Assembly: GCF_009914755.1 (NCBI RefSeq)
Contig: NC_060931.1
Source: the human T2T-CHM13v2.0 reference genome, Homo sapiens
DNA: 64,000 bases
Reading direction: 5' to 3' (one strand)
The notes below the pieces were generated by a model. That model was not told the origin of the DNA. It did not search any database and saw only the letters and a list, made by a program, of their open reading frames with translations. The position numbers and the translations under genes are program-made. Below, piece by piece: positions 1 through 14,179 of the stretch (the first letter of the stretch is position 1; each line of letters begins with the position of its first letter).

Positions 1-837
1 AAAGTAATTCCCTAAGCACACTAGACACGCCTGATGCCCCTTTCAAGCCAGTCTGCTTCCACGTGGTGATTCTTTCTGATTCCCATTATCACTGTGTCCC
101 CCTCACCCCTGCCATTTAGCCTAGATTCTGGCAGAATGGAAATCCACGTTTCTGAATTTAGTATGATTTTTTTTTCTTTCCTTCTATTCTCAGCAACAAT
201 AAGTACTCTTGATGGCAGCTGCTGTATTAAGCCCAAGAGCTTAAAAGATTAAAGAAACCACTAACAGCAGTAAGGAGGAAGTTTAAGGGCCTGTTTTTCT
301 GAAGGTTTGTGTTTTCATTCTGATGGTTGAGTAGAAAATTACAAACAGGTTGTGTTCGGCAGCTGGAATGCTCTCCAACATCTGGGGAGACCCAGCCTTC
401 TGTTTATTTCCCATTCATTGGAAGGGTGGCCAGCCAGTAGCAGAAACTGCAGGCAGAGATACTAGAACTCTTTGGGTACATAAGCCGTTAGAAATTCTTT
501 TTTTGTAGAAATTTCTTCATAGAAATACCTTGTTCTCTATTTTTTCATAAGCTTGACTGAGCACTTAACTTCAGGTCAGTTGCTGAGGAAGAGGTCTGAA
601 GGTAATATTAGTACCCCCCCAACTACTTTCAGCTGGAAACAAGAGTTGTTTGGGCCCTTACTGAGTTCCTACTTTAGAGTCAAGGGCTGGCCTTCCCCTG
701 CATCTGTCTGCATATACCTCACAGCTGAGCAGATAACATATTTGTGCAGCTATTCCCTTATGATTTCCTCTCTATTAGAGAGAGGTGGAGCCTATGACAG
801 ACTGCAGAGTGTTTGCTCCATTCTTCCCCACCCCGTA

Positions 838-1062
838 GCTTTACTGAGGTATAGTTGATAATTAAAGTATTTACATATATTTAAGGTATATAGCTTGATT
901 ATGAGATATATAAGTATACATTGTGAATATTCAAAATCAAACTAATCAATCACTCCACATAGTTACCGCTTTTCTTTTTATAGTGAGAATACTTAGTATC
1001 TACCTTCTTAGCAAATTTTATTTATGCCACATAGTGACTATAGTTAACAATATTATATACTC
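838..1062 (-). mobile_element. L1 (L1MA-like) 3' UTR fragment
   Basis: Antisense L1MA-type 3' end motifs (tttactgaggtatagttg... ttaaggtata... gtgagaatacttagtatctaccttcttagcaaattt). Confidence 0.7.
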
Positions 1063-1075
1063 AAACCCAGTTATT

Positions 1076-1371
<296 letters not shown>

Positions 1372-1465
1372 CGAGAATGGTGCCTTGTTCTCAAAACCAT
1401 TTTGTAAAAAGTAATGTGCTGGCCAAATAAAACAGAACGCCAGTTTGTTATTTTTGGACAGCTTC

Positions 1466-1560
1466 ATTATTTTGTACATGGGAAAAGAGAAGTTCGAAGT
1501 TTTGCCTTATGCAAGGTCATAAAGCTGGTCAGTGGCCCAACCAGGTTTAGAACCTTTATC
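1466..1560 (-). mobile_element. MIR fragment
   Basis: attttgtacatgggaaaa...caaggtcataaagctggtcagtgg...ggtttagaacc resembles the antisense MIR core. Confidence 0.55.
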
Positions 1561-2206
1561 TTTGGGGCTATTTGAGAAATTCAAGTGATCCCAGTTCAAT
1601 CATTAGTGGCATTTGTGGTCTTCAGTCTGCACTGAGCAAGGGTTTCATGTTTGGTGTCTAATATTTTAGGATTATTAGAGCTAATCTAGCCTTTGGAGAA
1701 GCCAAATGGATTTTGGGGGTTGTCTGTAAGAACCCATCATGATGGCTGGAACAGCTCTTAAGTGGAACTTCTACATAAATCAACTTGCATTTGTTCTGTA
1801 ACACCATGTGAATTTTCCTGAATTTCCAAGTAAATATATTTTGCATATTGCTTACAAATTGCTTAGGCTGTCTTCATGAATAATGAAAGCTGTGCTGTAG
1901 GAAGCTGGATATTAAGAAGGGGTGTTTTTAAAAACAGTATTTCATTTCTTTTGCTTATATTTTCTGTAGCCTCAAGGGTGTGTTCAGAGGTGGTAGGGAG
2001 GGAGGGTGCTGTTAAGGTTTCTCAACACCTGTGTTCCTTTACAGACCATTATCTCTTCTGCTATCAAAGAGGACTTGCCAGTTAGGTCAGGATGCATAAA
2101 CCTCTGGACAGTGCCTTCTCCTATGCTTATCTTTGCTATATGTCTTGTTGTGTGTTTAGCTTCCATAACAAGGTTCTCTACTTCTCCAGTTTAAGAAGAA
2201 ATCATC

Positions 2207-2694
2207 TGTTGTGCTGAACCTCTATTCATCTCAGTAGGGAAGGCACCAGCTTCAAGAGGCTGAGAAGAGACCCAGAGCCAGCAAATGAGACATGGGGTTT
2301 TATTAGGGGCTTACATACAGGGGAGAGAGTCCAGTGGTGGCAGACTGGACAACATACTGGCACCGCTCAGTGGCAGAGGGCTGGGCAGGAAAACTGCAGC
2401 CGCTTTGCAAACAGCATGCAGTTTATATAGCATTTTCAATTAACACCCTCCCCTTAACAACTTTCACCTGGCAACTTGCATGCCAACCCAAAGTTTAGGG
2501 CCTCAATTCCCTGTATGGCCCATGTTCCGTGGCATGGGCAGGGGGCTCAGATGTTCCTCCTAGACAAGGAATGAATCTCTGGATTGGCCACTGTGGGACT
2601 CCCTAGCTCGACACACACATTCAGGTGCATCTGCCATACAGTGTCATTTTAAGGGTATGCTCAAGTTATTGCTCTCAGAGGTGTTTACCCTACT
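2207..2694 (-). mobile_element. LTR47-like solo LTR (ERVL class)
   Basis: Full-length match to the recalled LTR47A consensus in reverse. TATA (ctatataaa) and AATAAA lie on the minus strand. Degenerate TSD atcatc/attatc. Confidence 0.85.
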
Positions 2695-2699
2695 ATTAT

Positions 2700-2920
2700 C
2701 ATTTGACAATAATACCTATATGTGACGTACATTGTCTAGTGACAGTCCTGATTTCCAGTAGCTCCCACAACAACTTCATAAGTATCATAGCCCCACTTTT
2801 TAGGTAAAGAAAGCAGAGGTTTGGGGATTGTGTCTTCCCTAGTCGACACACCTTGACAGTGTAGAACCAGCATTCAGAGGCAAATCTCACTTAGGCCTGG
2901 TGTTCTTTCCAACATGCCTC
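2700..2920 (-). mobile_element. MIR fragment
   Basis: atcatagccccactttttaggtaaagaaagcagagg... antisense MIR core. Confidence 0.55.
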
Positions 2921-3022
2921 AGCTGCTGCTTTGCCTTCTCTTTCTCCCTTCACCTGGCATTTTGACCACACTAATTGTGCTGGCATCTCATTCCAGGGAG
3001 TATGGGATGAGATGCCAGCACT

Positions 3023-3295
3023 AGAGTATGGCTTTCAAAACATTTTTTGTCCCAGCTCACAGTTACAAATACAGTTTATGTCATCAAGTATACATACATA
3101 TGCACATGCTCAAATGCACATACATACCTGTGCTTACATGTACTCATATAAAACTGAAAGTTTAATTATATATGCAGTAAACTCTAATATTTCCTTTTCT
3201 GTTTTACACTGTTAATACATACTCACCTGTAACCGTTATTACTCACTAAATTGGTTTTACAATCAAGATCACCTGCGGTTGAAACAGTGCTATAG
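3023..3295 (+). mobile_element. hAT-Charlie (Charlie4-like) DNA transposon fossil
   Basis: Degenerate termini and the internal motif actcactaaattggttttacaa...gcggttgaaacagtg. Confidence 0.5.
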
Positions 3296-3656
3296 AGTGG
3301 AAATCTTTACGGTGAGTTATGTGCTCTCTCCCCTCAACCCCTTACGAGATTTTTAGGATAATCCATGGGAGCACGAAAAAAACGGTTGAAATTATATTTT
3401 GATTTATTTCCATCTTAAGGAAGAGATTAAATGTTGCTGTTACTTAATATCCGAGTTGACAGTGCAGCATCACTCGGGCTGTGAAACAGTCAGTCCAGTG
3501 CTCTGTAGAGTGTGGCAGGTCCTGAAGGAAGAGTGGGAGTTCCTAAAGTGGCACACTCCTTCAGCCTTTCGTTGTGTGATGTGCTCCAGTTTGTATGGCT
3601 CATAAAGCATGTTAGTAGGTTATATTATTTACTTTTGGCAAAGAGAACAAGTGGTT

Positions 3657-3969
3657 TTATTTTTATTTTTCTTTTGAGACAGGGTCTCATTCCATTGTCC
3701 AGGCTGTAATGCAGTGGTGTGATCACAACTCACTGCAGCCTCAACCTCCTGGGCACAGGTGATCCTCCTACCTCAGCCTTCCAAGTAGCTGGAAATATAG
3801 GTGTGGATCACCACGCCTGACTAAGTTTTTTCTTTTTGTTCTTTCTTTTTTTTTTTTTTTTTGGAGAGACGGGGTTTTGCCAGGCTGGCCTCAAACTCCT
3901 GCTGAAGCAATTCGCCTGCCTTGGCCCCCAGAAGTTCTGGTATTACATGTGGGAGCCACCGCAACTGGC
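3657..3969 (-). mobile_element. AluJ
   Basis: Dimeric antisense Alu with J diagnostics; flanking repeats gagaacaagtggtttt / gagagcaagtgatttt. Confidence 0.95.
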
Positions 3970-4937
3970 AGAGAGCAAGTGATTTTTAAGAGTTTCATCA
4001 AAGAAACTGTGGAATGAGAGAACATAAACACAGGGCAACAGCAGGAAAATGACAGAGTTGACTTTTTTGTTTTAATGAGCTCCTTATCAACCGCATCGCT
4101 GGGTACAAACAGCGACTATATAGTCATATCTAGTAGGGAGTCAGACAAAAAATTGAAGCTATTTTAACAAGTGAGAACTTAGGTTTATATCCATGATTGT
4201 TAATGATTTACCTTGTCCTGAATGGATGTTGTACCCTGAGATATTAGCTAATATCATTATGTTGGATAAAATATTAAAAGTTGTATTCATTTTATCTTTG
4301 TGTCATTCCTTATGTTTATTTGTATATTTTATGATATATGTGATATATCTGTGCCTTATAGTTACATATATATTGGGGAATATGTTAGAATTTTTTTGTA
4401 CTGATAAAGATTCCTAATTAAAAACATTTGGAGACCATTTCTATTCTGGAGGACTAAGTAATTATTAATGGGTATCTTGGGGTCTAGATGAAGAGAAGGA
4501 AAAGGTGAGGACACAGGAAGGGAGTGAAACAGGGAGGGTGTTTGTGTACAAATTAGATAACAACCCTCCCAAGTGGATTCAGTTCCAGGGGCACATGGTT
4601 TGGTGAGTGGCCTGTGCCTTCGTGCAGGTTATAAAAAGTCTCCCCTTTCTCCTGGCATAGCAGCTCTACACTAGGGCACATGGTTTGGCAAATGGGTTGT
4701 GGGCTGGAATTCAGCACCCTTTCAGCCCTTCATCCTTCTGCAAGTGTAGCCTACACAAGTAAGTATATGTAACAGCCCTGGTGGTGAGGTACTGAAAATA
4801 AATAAATAAAAGGGCGAAGGACAGGCATTCATGGATGTAGTGAGCAGCAACAGCTAGTCCTCACTCTTTTATTCATTCATTCATTCCTTCACCAGAGTAT
4901 TTATAGAACACCTGCTGTGTGCCAGCCATCTTCAACA

Positions 4938-5165
4938 GCAGGAGTTGGCAAACTATAGCCCACCGGCCAATCCCGACCTGGTATCTTTTTTTGTAAATCG
5001 GGTTTTATTGGAACATACCTGTACCCCTTGGTTTATGTATCTTCTGTGGCTGCTTCTTAGCTATAATGGCATAGTTGAATAATTATGACAGAGACTGTAT
5101 GGCCTGCAAAACCTAAAGTATTTACTTTCTGGCCCTTTACTGAAAACAGGCGTGAACCTCTACTC
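4938..5165 (-). mobile_element. MER58A (hAT-Charlie), next to an L2 tail
   Basis: caggagttggcaaacta...ttttattggaaca...gacagagactgtatggcctgcaaaacctaaagtatttact; preceded by the (attc)n L2 end at 4870-4925. Confidence 0.85.
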
Positions 5166-5471
5166 TAGAATATAAATCAGGACTTGCTTCTGGTGCCACT
5201 GCATGATAACTTAGCCATGGACTGTTTGGCTTCTATCTCATGTTCCCTACTTGCAAGAAAATACTTCCATCAGGGCCAAGTGGAGGTGCAGTAGAGCAGG
5301 GGCAGAGCTAAAAGCAACACAGCTGGGCACATTTACTTCTTAGGTCTCTACACAAACCATGTAGTGTAAGGAGGAGACAAAGGGCTAGGAGTCCAGAGAC
5401 TGACACTGTGTGGCCTTCTCTCTGGGCCTGTTTCAGATAGTCACTCTGCAACTACAAGATGGCACTGGATT

Positions 5472-5615
5472 AGTGATTCTCAGACGTTTTTCTGCACCAA
5501 AATCACCTAAAAGGCTGGTTTAACCGACTGCTAGGCTCCACCTCCAAGGTGTCTGAGTCGGTAGGCCTGAGGAAGGCCTGAGAATGTACATTTTTAACAA
5601 GTCCTCAGGTAATGC
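5472..5615. mobile_element. MER5A (hAT-Charlie)
   Basis: agtgattctca...aatcacct...ggcctgagaatgtacatttttaacaagtcctcaggtaatgc. Confidence 0.8.
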
Positions 5616-6059
5616 AGGTAGGCAGTATGACTGGATTGTTTTTGTGGTTGCCTGCCTCTTTTTGGCATTGGAAAGGGGAAAGCCAGAGTATTCCTTGAGG
5701 AATGACATTTGGAGAGAACCAAATTTTAGATGCTTCTGTGATATGTACACCAGAGCTATTCTGGACTAGATTGTAAATTCTCACATTTCACCTATGCAAA
5801 AGGAAATACTTTCTGGTCTCCTATTAGTAATCAGTTGTCTCAAATTTTGCCCGTTACCTCTGGAAATTCTGGACCCTCAAGTGATCAGTCTTTTAAGGCA
5901 GTGTGGAAGAACAGCACCTATTATGGCAGTTGATTTTTCATGGTCTCTACCCTGTCCTTCCTAATATAACTGCTATTCTTTACCTTCCTGTTTTTCAAAA
6001 CTCTCGTATTGTTCCTGTTGTGTTTTTTCTAAATATTTTCTTGGTTACAATAAAGTGCT

Positions 6060-6240
6060 AATATTTAAAGAGCTTTTGGGAGCCTGCTGGTGCCAGAAAC
6101 TATTCAAGTTACTTACAGAATACTCTCATTCAGTTCTCTCAAAAATCCTTGGGGAAGTTTTATTTTTCTCATTTTACAAATGAGCAGTAATTACAAATTT
6201 GGAGTCAGAGAAGCTAAGTAATATGTGATCTGGACAATTT
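6060..6240 (-). mobile_element. MIR fragment
   Basis: atattta...gtgccag...ctcattttacaaatgag antisense MIR. Confidence 0.55.
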
Positions 6241-9200
6241 CAATATCTATGTATATCAAAAACCAAGCTTCCTAGGTCTTTGACCTCCTCTCCAGTATCC
6301 CTCACCTTCACCTGCTAAGTATCCATTCTCATTTTGGATCTCGGACTTTGTTATCACCTAGGATTCGCCCAGGATTTCACTTTCTCGGATCATGACCTTC
6401 CACATCATACTGTCACTGCATCTCAGGAGTCTGTTTCTTGGAAAAGCTTTACGTCTCTTATCCTTTTTCTTTTCCAACAGAAATACCTTTCTGAACTATT
6501 TCTCTCTCTTAAACCTCTTTTAAAATCTGCACACTTCATACTAAATTGTATTGATTATGCTTCTAGTTCCCTAGTACATAATAACCTTTGGAAAAATTGT
6601 TTTGTCTTACTAATTGTTTCTATAGAACTCTGTACTGCACCTGGTGTATAGAAGGCACTCCATAAATAATGGTTTAACTGAGCTAGAGAATATATGGCCA
6701 GGGTCTGAGTCCGAGTCTGTCTTGCTTCACAGTATGGCTGCTATAGTCAGGTCTGCCACAGCTCTAGGCCTATTTTTTTTTAATCTGTCTGGATGAAGAA
6801 GGAATTGTTTAGTAGGTGATGTCATTTGTGGGATGCTTTGTCTATTTCTGCGTATCCAGCATGCTTTTAGTGATTTTTCATTTTGTCAGACTGCATTTTC
6901 TCTTTTCAACTAGAGTTCAAACAAAATAATTTTAGATAACATCCTAAGAACATTTGGAAACATGACATTTCAGGTCTATTTTCCCTCTTTGCCTTAAAAA
7001 AGTATATACAGCTATAATTACTAATTGCTGCGCTCTAAGTAGAGACAGATGATACATATGTTTGTGACAATTTTCCAGAGGGAGAGCTAAGTAACCAGGC
7101 TCATTTTTCCATAATGTGAATGTTATTCACAAACTATTACCATAATTGATGCACCAAACCACTGTAGAGTAAATAATGTGTTGTGTGTGGGAAGCAAGCT
7201 AGTAGTCAATGAATATTAAAGAACAAAACCTCATTTTAAAAGAGAAACTGTAATTAAAATCATTCTGAATTCATGCTGCACAACCAGTTAAAATAACTTG
7301 GCTGCCATTTATCTGTGTAATTCTGTGTATAAAGGGAGTAGGTATATGATTTGTTATATAGAAGTAAGTATTTACATGCACATTTTTATGAAAAGACACA
7401 ATATCGAACTTCAGAATCAGTCGTTTTCCAAAAACATTTGTTGGAGAGATGAACATGCAGAGTTAATCAGTGAAATATATATTGACAGGAAAGATCACCA
7501 TTTCCGTTATCTTATCTTTTGCTTTTCTAGGTGTTTTATGTCTACCTGGAATGTCGTGTCCCTTTCCGTGGACCTAATCAGCTTCTGTATTTTCTCCAAA
7601 GCTTCCTTTTCATCAGAAGTTGTTCTTGTCCACTTTTAATCCCTCTTACTGCTTTCTAGGTGCTCATCAACTTCTGTGTGTGGTATATTGATTTGCACTT
7701 TTGGGATTTGTTGTTTTATAAGAGGAGGTCATAAGTCATTTCTTGTGTGTATCATTAGTCTTCTCAACGAGACTGCCTAGGATTTCAGTCTCAGATTATT
7801 CTATGTGTGTGTTGGGCGTGTATGTATGTGTATCATTCCTTCCGGTGTACCTTGTGGAGAATGGTTTGCTGTCCATGTGTTCGCTAACTCCTCAGTATGT
7901 ATTGTTGGTTACCTGTTTTCATGCACCAGATACTGCATTATTTTTGTAAAATCTTTACATTTTGTGTTTGGCTACCAGTGTCTCCACAGAGTCTTGAATG
8001 TAACTGGTAAGGATCAGATCTGTTGGTGTAGAGTTTTTGATGGAACACTCAATCAGCAATCTGTAGTATGGCTTATGTAAAATGTATAACTCCCTCTATC
8101 TCTGATAAGTTCTGAAGTCTAAGGGGAAAGTGCTTCCCTGTCTCTTGAATTTGAGTGTTTTGGGTGAGTCCATTTTATAGATAGACAAGGTGATTGTATC
8201 AGAGCTTACTTTTATATTTTAAAATGGATCATAGTGTACCTATTCTTAGGAACCTTTTAGGAAAATCTCTTTAACATTGATCCTGTTGTTAGTTGTAATC
8301 TCAGTATATTCTGATAATTTCCTTTGAATATGTAACTGTTCCTTTCATACTGTGGGCATCTGTTGTCTTCTCTTTTTATAGCAATGAAAGTATGAACAGA
8401 TTCCAATGTGGGTTCTTAGCTCAAAATTCTCTGGCTCTAATGTCAGGCCAATTTATTTAGCTAGTTTATACAACTGGACATATTTCTATAATAGAAAAAT
8501 GACTAAATGTTTCTTAACATATTGTTTACAGAGATAGAGCCCATGTTGTAAGGCTATGTAACTCTTCCTCTCAAAAGAAGATTATTGGTTTTAGCATGTT
8601 TTCCTCCCTTTAATTTAATCTTAAGCAGGTGAACCTTTTTGAGGGCTTTTTGGAAAGCTCTGAGGAAAAAAAATAAGAAAACTCATACAACCTCAAGGAA
8701 TTCTAAGTATCAAGGAGCACCTCTGTGAAGGTGATTGGTTCAAGCATTGAACACTATTTTCTATCCTTCCACACATGGCAGGGCATTATTCATGTATCCA
8801 GCTCTGTGATAGCTTGTTTTTGCTTGCCCTGATGATACGTATGGCAAGGGAGGAATATTATCCAGGAGTGGACACTGTAGAGAGGGGAAGGAACCTTGGA
8901 ACTGACCTTTATAGAGGCGGTTCTCATCCTCAACTCTTCTTCCTTACAAGATGGCTTGGTATCCCTTGAGATCATTCTCCCACCTTCAAAATCCTGGATG
9001 GGCCTCTTGCCTGGTTCCCTTAAGGACTCTAAACCACTTAGCTTGGAGCTGGTGCCATTTAATTCTGTTCTTGGCAGTGGGCCCTGGCTTCTTTCCTGCT
9101 AGGCCCTGTACCTCTTAGGAGCAGAGAAGAGGTCAGATGCAGATAATACAGGCATGATTTCTGCCTCCTGAAATGCTCAGATGATATGCACTTCTCCGTC

Positions 9201-9480
9201 CCCCTAAAGATTTAAGGAAGTACACATTTATCATGGGATGTAATGAGTAGGAAAGAGCATGGGGCTTTCTTTTTCTGCTGAATAGCAGATTGTAAGATAG
9301 AAACAGTTTTGTTTACAATTCAGCTCTATCTTTGTACTTTGCATTGCAGTTGAAGTTATTTTTAGCTTTACTGTTAAGCTAAACGTCTGAGTTGTTTCAT
9401 TTGCAAATTCTTTCTTTGAGGGTCAGGGGAGGCTTTTGTAAAATGTTCAGGTCTGAGAGAATTTTGAGTTAGGTAAAGGT

Positions 9481-9530
9481 GAGTGTGTGCATGCATGCAT
9501 GTATGTGTATGTGTGTGTGTGTGTGTGCAC
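9481..9530. repeat. (TG)n / TGCA microsatellite
   Basis: Directly visible. Confidence 0.9.
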
Positions 9531-10439
9531 AGCTCGTGCATAAATGCCTGTGTGCTTGCTTGGGTAGGGACTAGGAGGGCTGAAAAAGAGAGAGAAAGTC
9601 ATTCTTAGCAGAAGAAAAGCACGTACAAAGGGTGGAAGACGTACGGTTTTTGACAGATGAATGAATCCTTCTAAAGGTTTTGTAAGAGCTGTGACCAGCT
9701 CTGTTTGCTGAGAAAAGGGAAAGTCCTTGAGCACCCATCATACCTCTTCAGACTCTCTTAAAAAGCATTCAGATGTTCTGCCAGAGGAAATGATGTGTTC
9801 CAACTACAGCTGCAGTGGAGGGTTCTTTTTGTGCAGCTGAAGCAATTCCTCCACATAGATTGTCCCATTTTAACAGTAAACTGTCTGTTTAAAACAAAAC
9901 AAAAAAGGTGGGTGGGAAATGGAAGGAGAAGGAGTTTATGCCAGGAAATGAAAATAAGTTGCTGCAGAAGCCTGTTTTGGTTGTGGTTTCAGAGTTAAGG
10001 ATAAGTTATTAATAATAATAATAAGAGCCCACTTGATAGTTTGTTATATCTCTGTGTGTGTTTTTATGAACTTTTAATTTTCCAGAAAACATTAAAGATA
10101 AATTAGAGAACACACTCCTGTTGGAGGAGGTGACCATCTTGCAGCTACCAAACCATAGAATCTTTCACCACTTAACACCTTCCAAGGAACCGGGTAGACT
10201 TCTGGTGTCCTCTCTGGTCCTCTTCCCTTCCTTATAGGATGTCAGGCTTTGGACTTAATCAGAGGATAATTAAGGCTCTATCATAGCAGGTGAAGTTTCT
10301 GAGTGGAAGTCTAAGAAGTGATGTTTCTATAAGTGTCTTTAGCTGACTGAGCTACTAAGCAGAGGTTAGGAGGTTGTGATGTAATTTAAAGTGACATTGT
10401 GGTTACCTTTTATCAAGCTCAATTGTGAGCCTGGAGCTA

Positions 10440-10650
10440 TGTTAACTGCTTCACAGCTATGAGCCTATTTAATTCTTACAGGAATCCTCATTTTAAGATA
10501 GGTTTGATTACCCTCCGTTTACAGATGGGGAACTTGAGGTAGAGAGATAAGTGGTTAGTTTGCAATTACACCCAGCATTTGGCATGGCTGGGATTGGAAC
10601 CAGGGGCCTTCAGTCTTCAAAGCTCTTACATGTAACCACTGAGTGATGCA
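10440..10650 (-). mobile_element. MIR
   Basis: tttacagatggggaacttgagg...gctgggattggaaccagg. Confidence 0.7.
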
Positions 10651-10979
10651 TTGTACTCTCTCCTGTAAAGTAGCCTTTTCTCCCTGCTGCCACTGGTTCA
10701 TTTCCTTTTCCTTTTTTAAGATGCTTTAAAAAGAACAAAAACCAATAACGTACCTCCTAAATTGAGGTTGATCTCCCTCCTTCCTATCCAATAAGTAATG
10801 TTCTAGACTCATGCAAATATTAGATATTTGGGAGAAAAAATGAATAGAACATGTCCCTCCTCTCTTTAGCTCTAAGAAAATTTGTGTGTTCTTATTAATT
10901 CCTACTGTTCCACTATCCTACCATATTACCTGATACATATAATACAGTTACAGTCTTCTCAGGGAGACTCTTCTATGCA

Positions 10980-11085
10980 GTGGCATGCTGGAGCCAGGAA
11001 AGCTTGTAAACCCAGCTCAGACATGGACCAGCTGTGAGACCTTGGTGAAGTCACTTTACCCTCCGGGCTTTACTTCTTTTATCAC
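10980..11085 (+). mobile_element. MIR fragment
   Basis: ctggagccag...agctgtgagaccttggtgaagtcactt. Confidence 0.65.
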
Positions 11086-12109
11086 TGTAGTGTTTGATCC
11101 AGGTCAGTTCGCAGCCTGGAAGGCACAGCCTTTTCCAGGACACTAAATAGGGCACATGTGCTACCCATTTGCGTGCACACTATCCTTAGGCATTTGTTGA
11201 AGAGATGGTTAATAAAATATAAACTCATTAAAAAGCATTACTAAATTCTTACATTTTGTGTTTCTTTGATCAGTGAATGACTGCTAAAATTTAGTACGTT
11301 ATCAATGGGGAATTTGTTATCTCTTTTTGCATAAAAGGGGTCCTCGGTTTTCGTGAAGTTTAAAGTCCCTCCCCAGGTAGAATATCCATAAAGCCTATGA
11401 ATGAGTCTTAACTACTTGATTACCCAGATTCTAGCTTTTTGGAATCTTTCATTACCTTACTTTTTTCCCTTCTCGGTGAGCTTTTGGACTTAGGACAAAC
11501 GGGGAACGATCACAAGGAAATGGATTGACATCTCTACTCTTTCACAATCTTTCCTGAAGACATGATTTTTTTTTGCTATCATGTCTCTAAGTACAGTTGG
11601 TCAGTTGTCACTCTGTCACCTTACCTTCCAACCCCATAATTCCTGTGAAACCCTGGACACCTCACTCTTTTTGCAGACCATGAGCTCCTCTGGCCTCACT
11701 CCTTTCCTTGTCCAGCTTGCAGTACTTGAGTAATCCCCTCACCCCTCACCACCTTCCTTATTAGTACCCCCAGTTCCCTGAAGCTCTTGTCCTGCCCATT
11801 TCCTCCCAGCAGCATGTCACTCATCTGCCCTCATGAGCCTGTGTTCCCCTTAGAAGAATCACATCTCTATCTGTACTGTTATTATAGATCAGTGAACTTC
11901 AACATCTGATAGCTTTTTCAGTGTTGCCCATCAGTGCATTTACCGAGTTGCTTTTTCTATCCTTTTGGTGATAGTTCCAAATGCTCCCCACTGTCCCCAC
12001 GGCTATAATGATAGGAAACATTAATACAAAACTTGGTTGTGTTGGAGAAAGTGTGCTAAGAACTTTACATGCATTGTCTCATCTCCGTTCTTGCTAAAGG
12101 ATCTAACTT

Positions 12110-12485
12110 TTCCTTCCAACCATCCAGCAACTACTAGCGAGGCATCAACTGTGTCTATGCATGGTGCCAAGCCACAGACTGTAGCTATGATTGATGCAGA
12201 TTGGGTGCTTGCTCTCAAGAGACCTCTAATTCAGAGGGAGATGCACAGAAGTAAACAGGCAGCAATAACATTGTCCGATAAGTGCTAATGAGGGGAGAAG
12301 TTCAATACGCTATAGATGCCCCCAACCCAGACTTAGGGTTGAGGATAAGGAAAACTTGCAGGAAGTTACAGCTCAGTGCCAATCTAAAGGACGAGAGACT
12401 ATGAGGGAGGAACATAAGGGCATTCTGGACAAAAAGAATACCTGGCTGCTGGAAAGATTTCAGGGAATTGAGAGGGGCCAGTAGG
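12110..12485 (-). mobile_element. L2 3' region
   Basis: cttgctctcaagagacctctaattcagagggagatgcacagaagtaaacagg... typical antisense L2. Confidence 0.65.
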
Positions 12486-14179
12486 AACAGAGCCATTCTT
12501 CTCAGAGAAATTAGAGGTCTTATTTTTGGTGTGAATTCCATAGACTCTCTTTTCTACCTCCTCTGTGATCTGTATCCTCACTTGGTTACTAACTGGAATT
12601 AGAATCCCCTGCAATCCTTCACTGTATGCAGATCTCGTAAGACACACTTTCTGTCAATCTCAGTGTGAAGTTTTACTATGCACTTGTATAGCTGCTCCAC
12701 TGAAATACTATTAGACTGTTAAGGTGAGTGTAGAGGACAATGCTTCTTCAAAATTATTACAGGGAAGTTTATAATAATGGTGACTGACTTGAGGTAGGGG
12801 TAGGGTTTTTCAGGAGGGTCTTTCAGTGGTAATCACGCCTAAAATTTTGAATGCTTAAATGAAGCTGCTGCTTAGCTCAATGATAAGTAATAGCAGCTTC
12901 TTTTTCCATGAGGACATTTATTAAATGATGTTTTAGGTCTCAGCAAATGTTACGCCTTCAGACACCTTGGCTCAGGAAAGCCTGATGTGCCTCCAGTGAA
13001 GGATTTGTAGGTCCACATCTTCGATGCTTCTGCAACACAGAGTTAGGGAAATGAAACAGTGGGTCATACATGCTCCTGATCCATTGCCAACAGCAAAGGG
13101 ACTTGAGCCCCCACATACCTTTTGACCCTTCTGGTCATGATAAAGCCACCCACTAGCTATAATGCTATAGTCAGCAGTAGAAATAAGAGGGAGCACAAAG
13201 CAACTGAATGGTAAAATATTTCAGACCTTTTTGGACCACTTTGGAAGATGGAAGCTGATAACATCATACATCCAAATTCCTCTGCATTGCTGTCTCTCTC
13301 TTTACAGGTGGGGAATAGTTTACAGCAATCAGTAGAATCTACTTTTGATTCCAAATGGGTCTTAATTATTTTGTATTTGGGAAATATTTTTTACTTGGCA
13401 ATAGAGATGTGCCATAATATTATTTAATATTTTGGAAATCACTGTTTCCCATGTGCCTGAACATCTCGAGCACATTTACCCTGAGCGTGGCAGTGCCTGG
13501 GTGTCTCACATCCATGTATGCTCAAACCATGCTCCTTGATTTCACCCCTTTCTCTCTGTTTCTTTCATCTCGTAAACTGAGTGCTGATGCCATTTCACAC
13601 TTTTTCTTGGAAGTTTAATGAGTTAGTAGTAGTATAACAAAAATAAAAATATTTTCTTTACGTTTCTGAAAAGAAATATGTCTATAAAGCGTCAATCATT
13701 TTTCCAAGCTGTTAGTTCCTGCTGCTGAGTACTAGGAGCTGTTCTGTCAGCAAGACCACGTAAGGGGGAATAGTAAGAGAAAGCTGTCCCAATTTTCTTT
13801 CTCTGGTACAAAAGGTTAGAAGATGTTGTTTCAGCTGGAGAACTTAAGATGGATTCTTATTCACTATTTGCTAAAGAGACTGGACTGTTTTTAGTGTGAT
13901 AATTTTCTGTAGGCGTGGAGAAAGGTCACCTCCTGATCTTGTTTTGGAGATCATGGGGTTAAATCTGTGGCAGTGTCCTTTTCCTAGACACAGCCTCTTG
14001 TCAAAATAATGTTTGGCCAGGTGTTAATCTGTGTCCTGAGGGGAGTGCTGGAATTCATTATTCATCCCGTGGGAGTAGGGGTCAGAGGAGAAGGTTGTCC
14101 TTCTGGGAGGTACCAGGGGACATAGCCTGCCTCCTGCCTTTACTGACATGTGCCATTTGTGAGGAGGGCAGTTGAAGTC

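Noticed and set aside
4586-4780. Direct repeat gggcacatggtttgg (twice)
   Set aside because: Only 15 bp, and probably part of a decayed hAT (MER91-like) element
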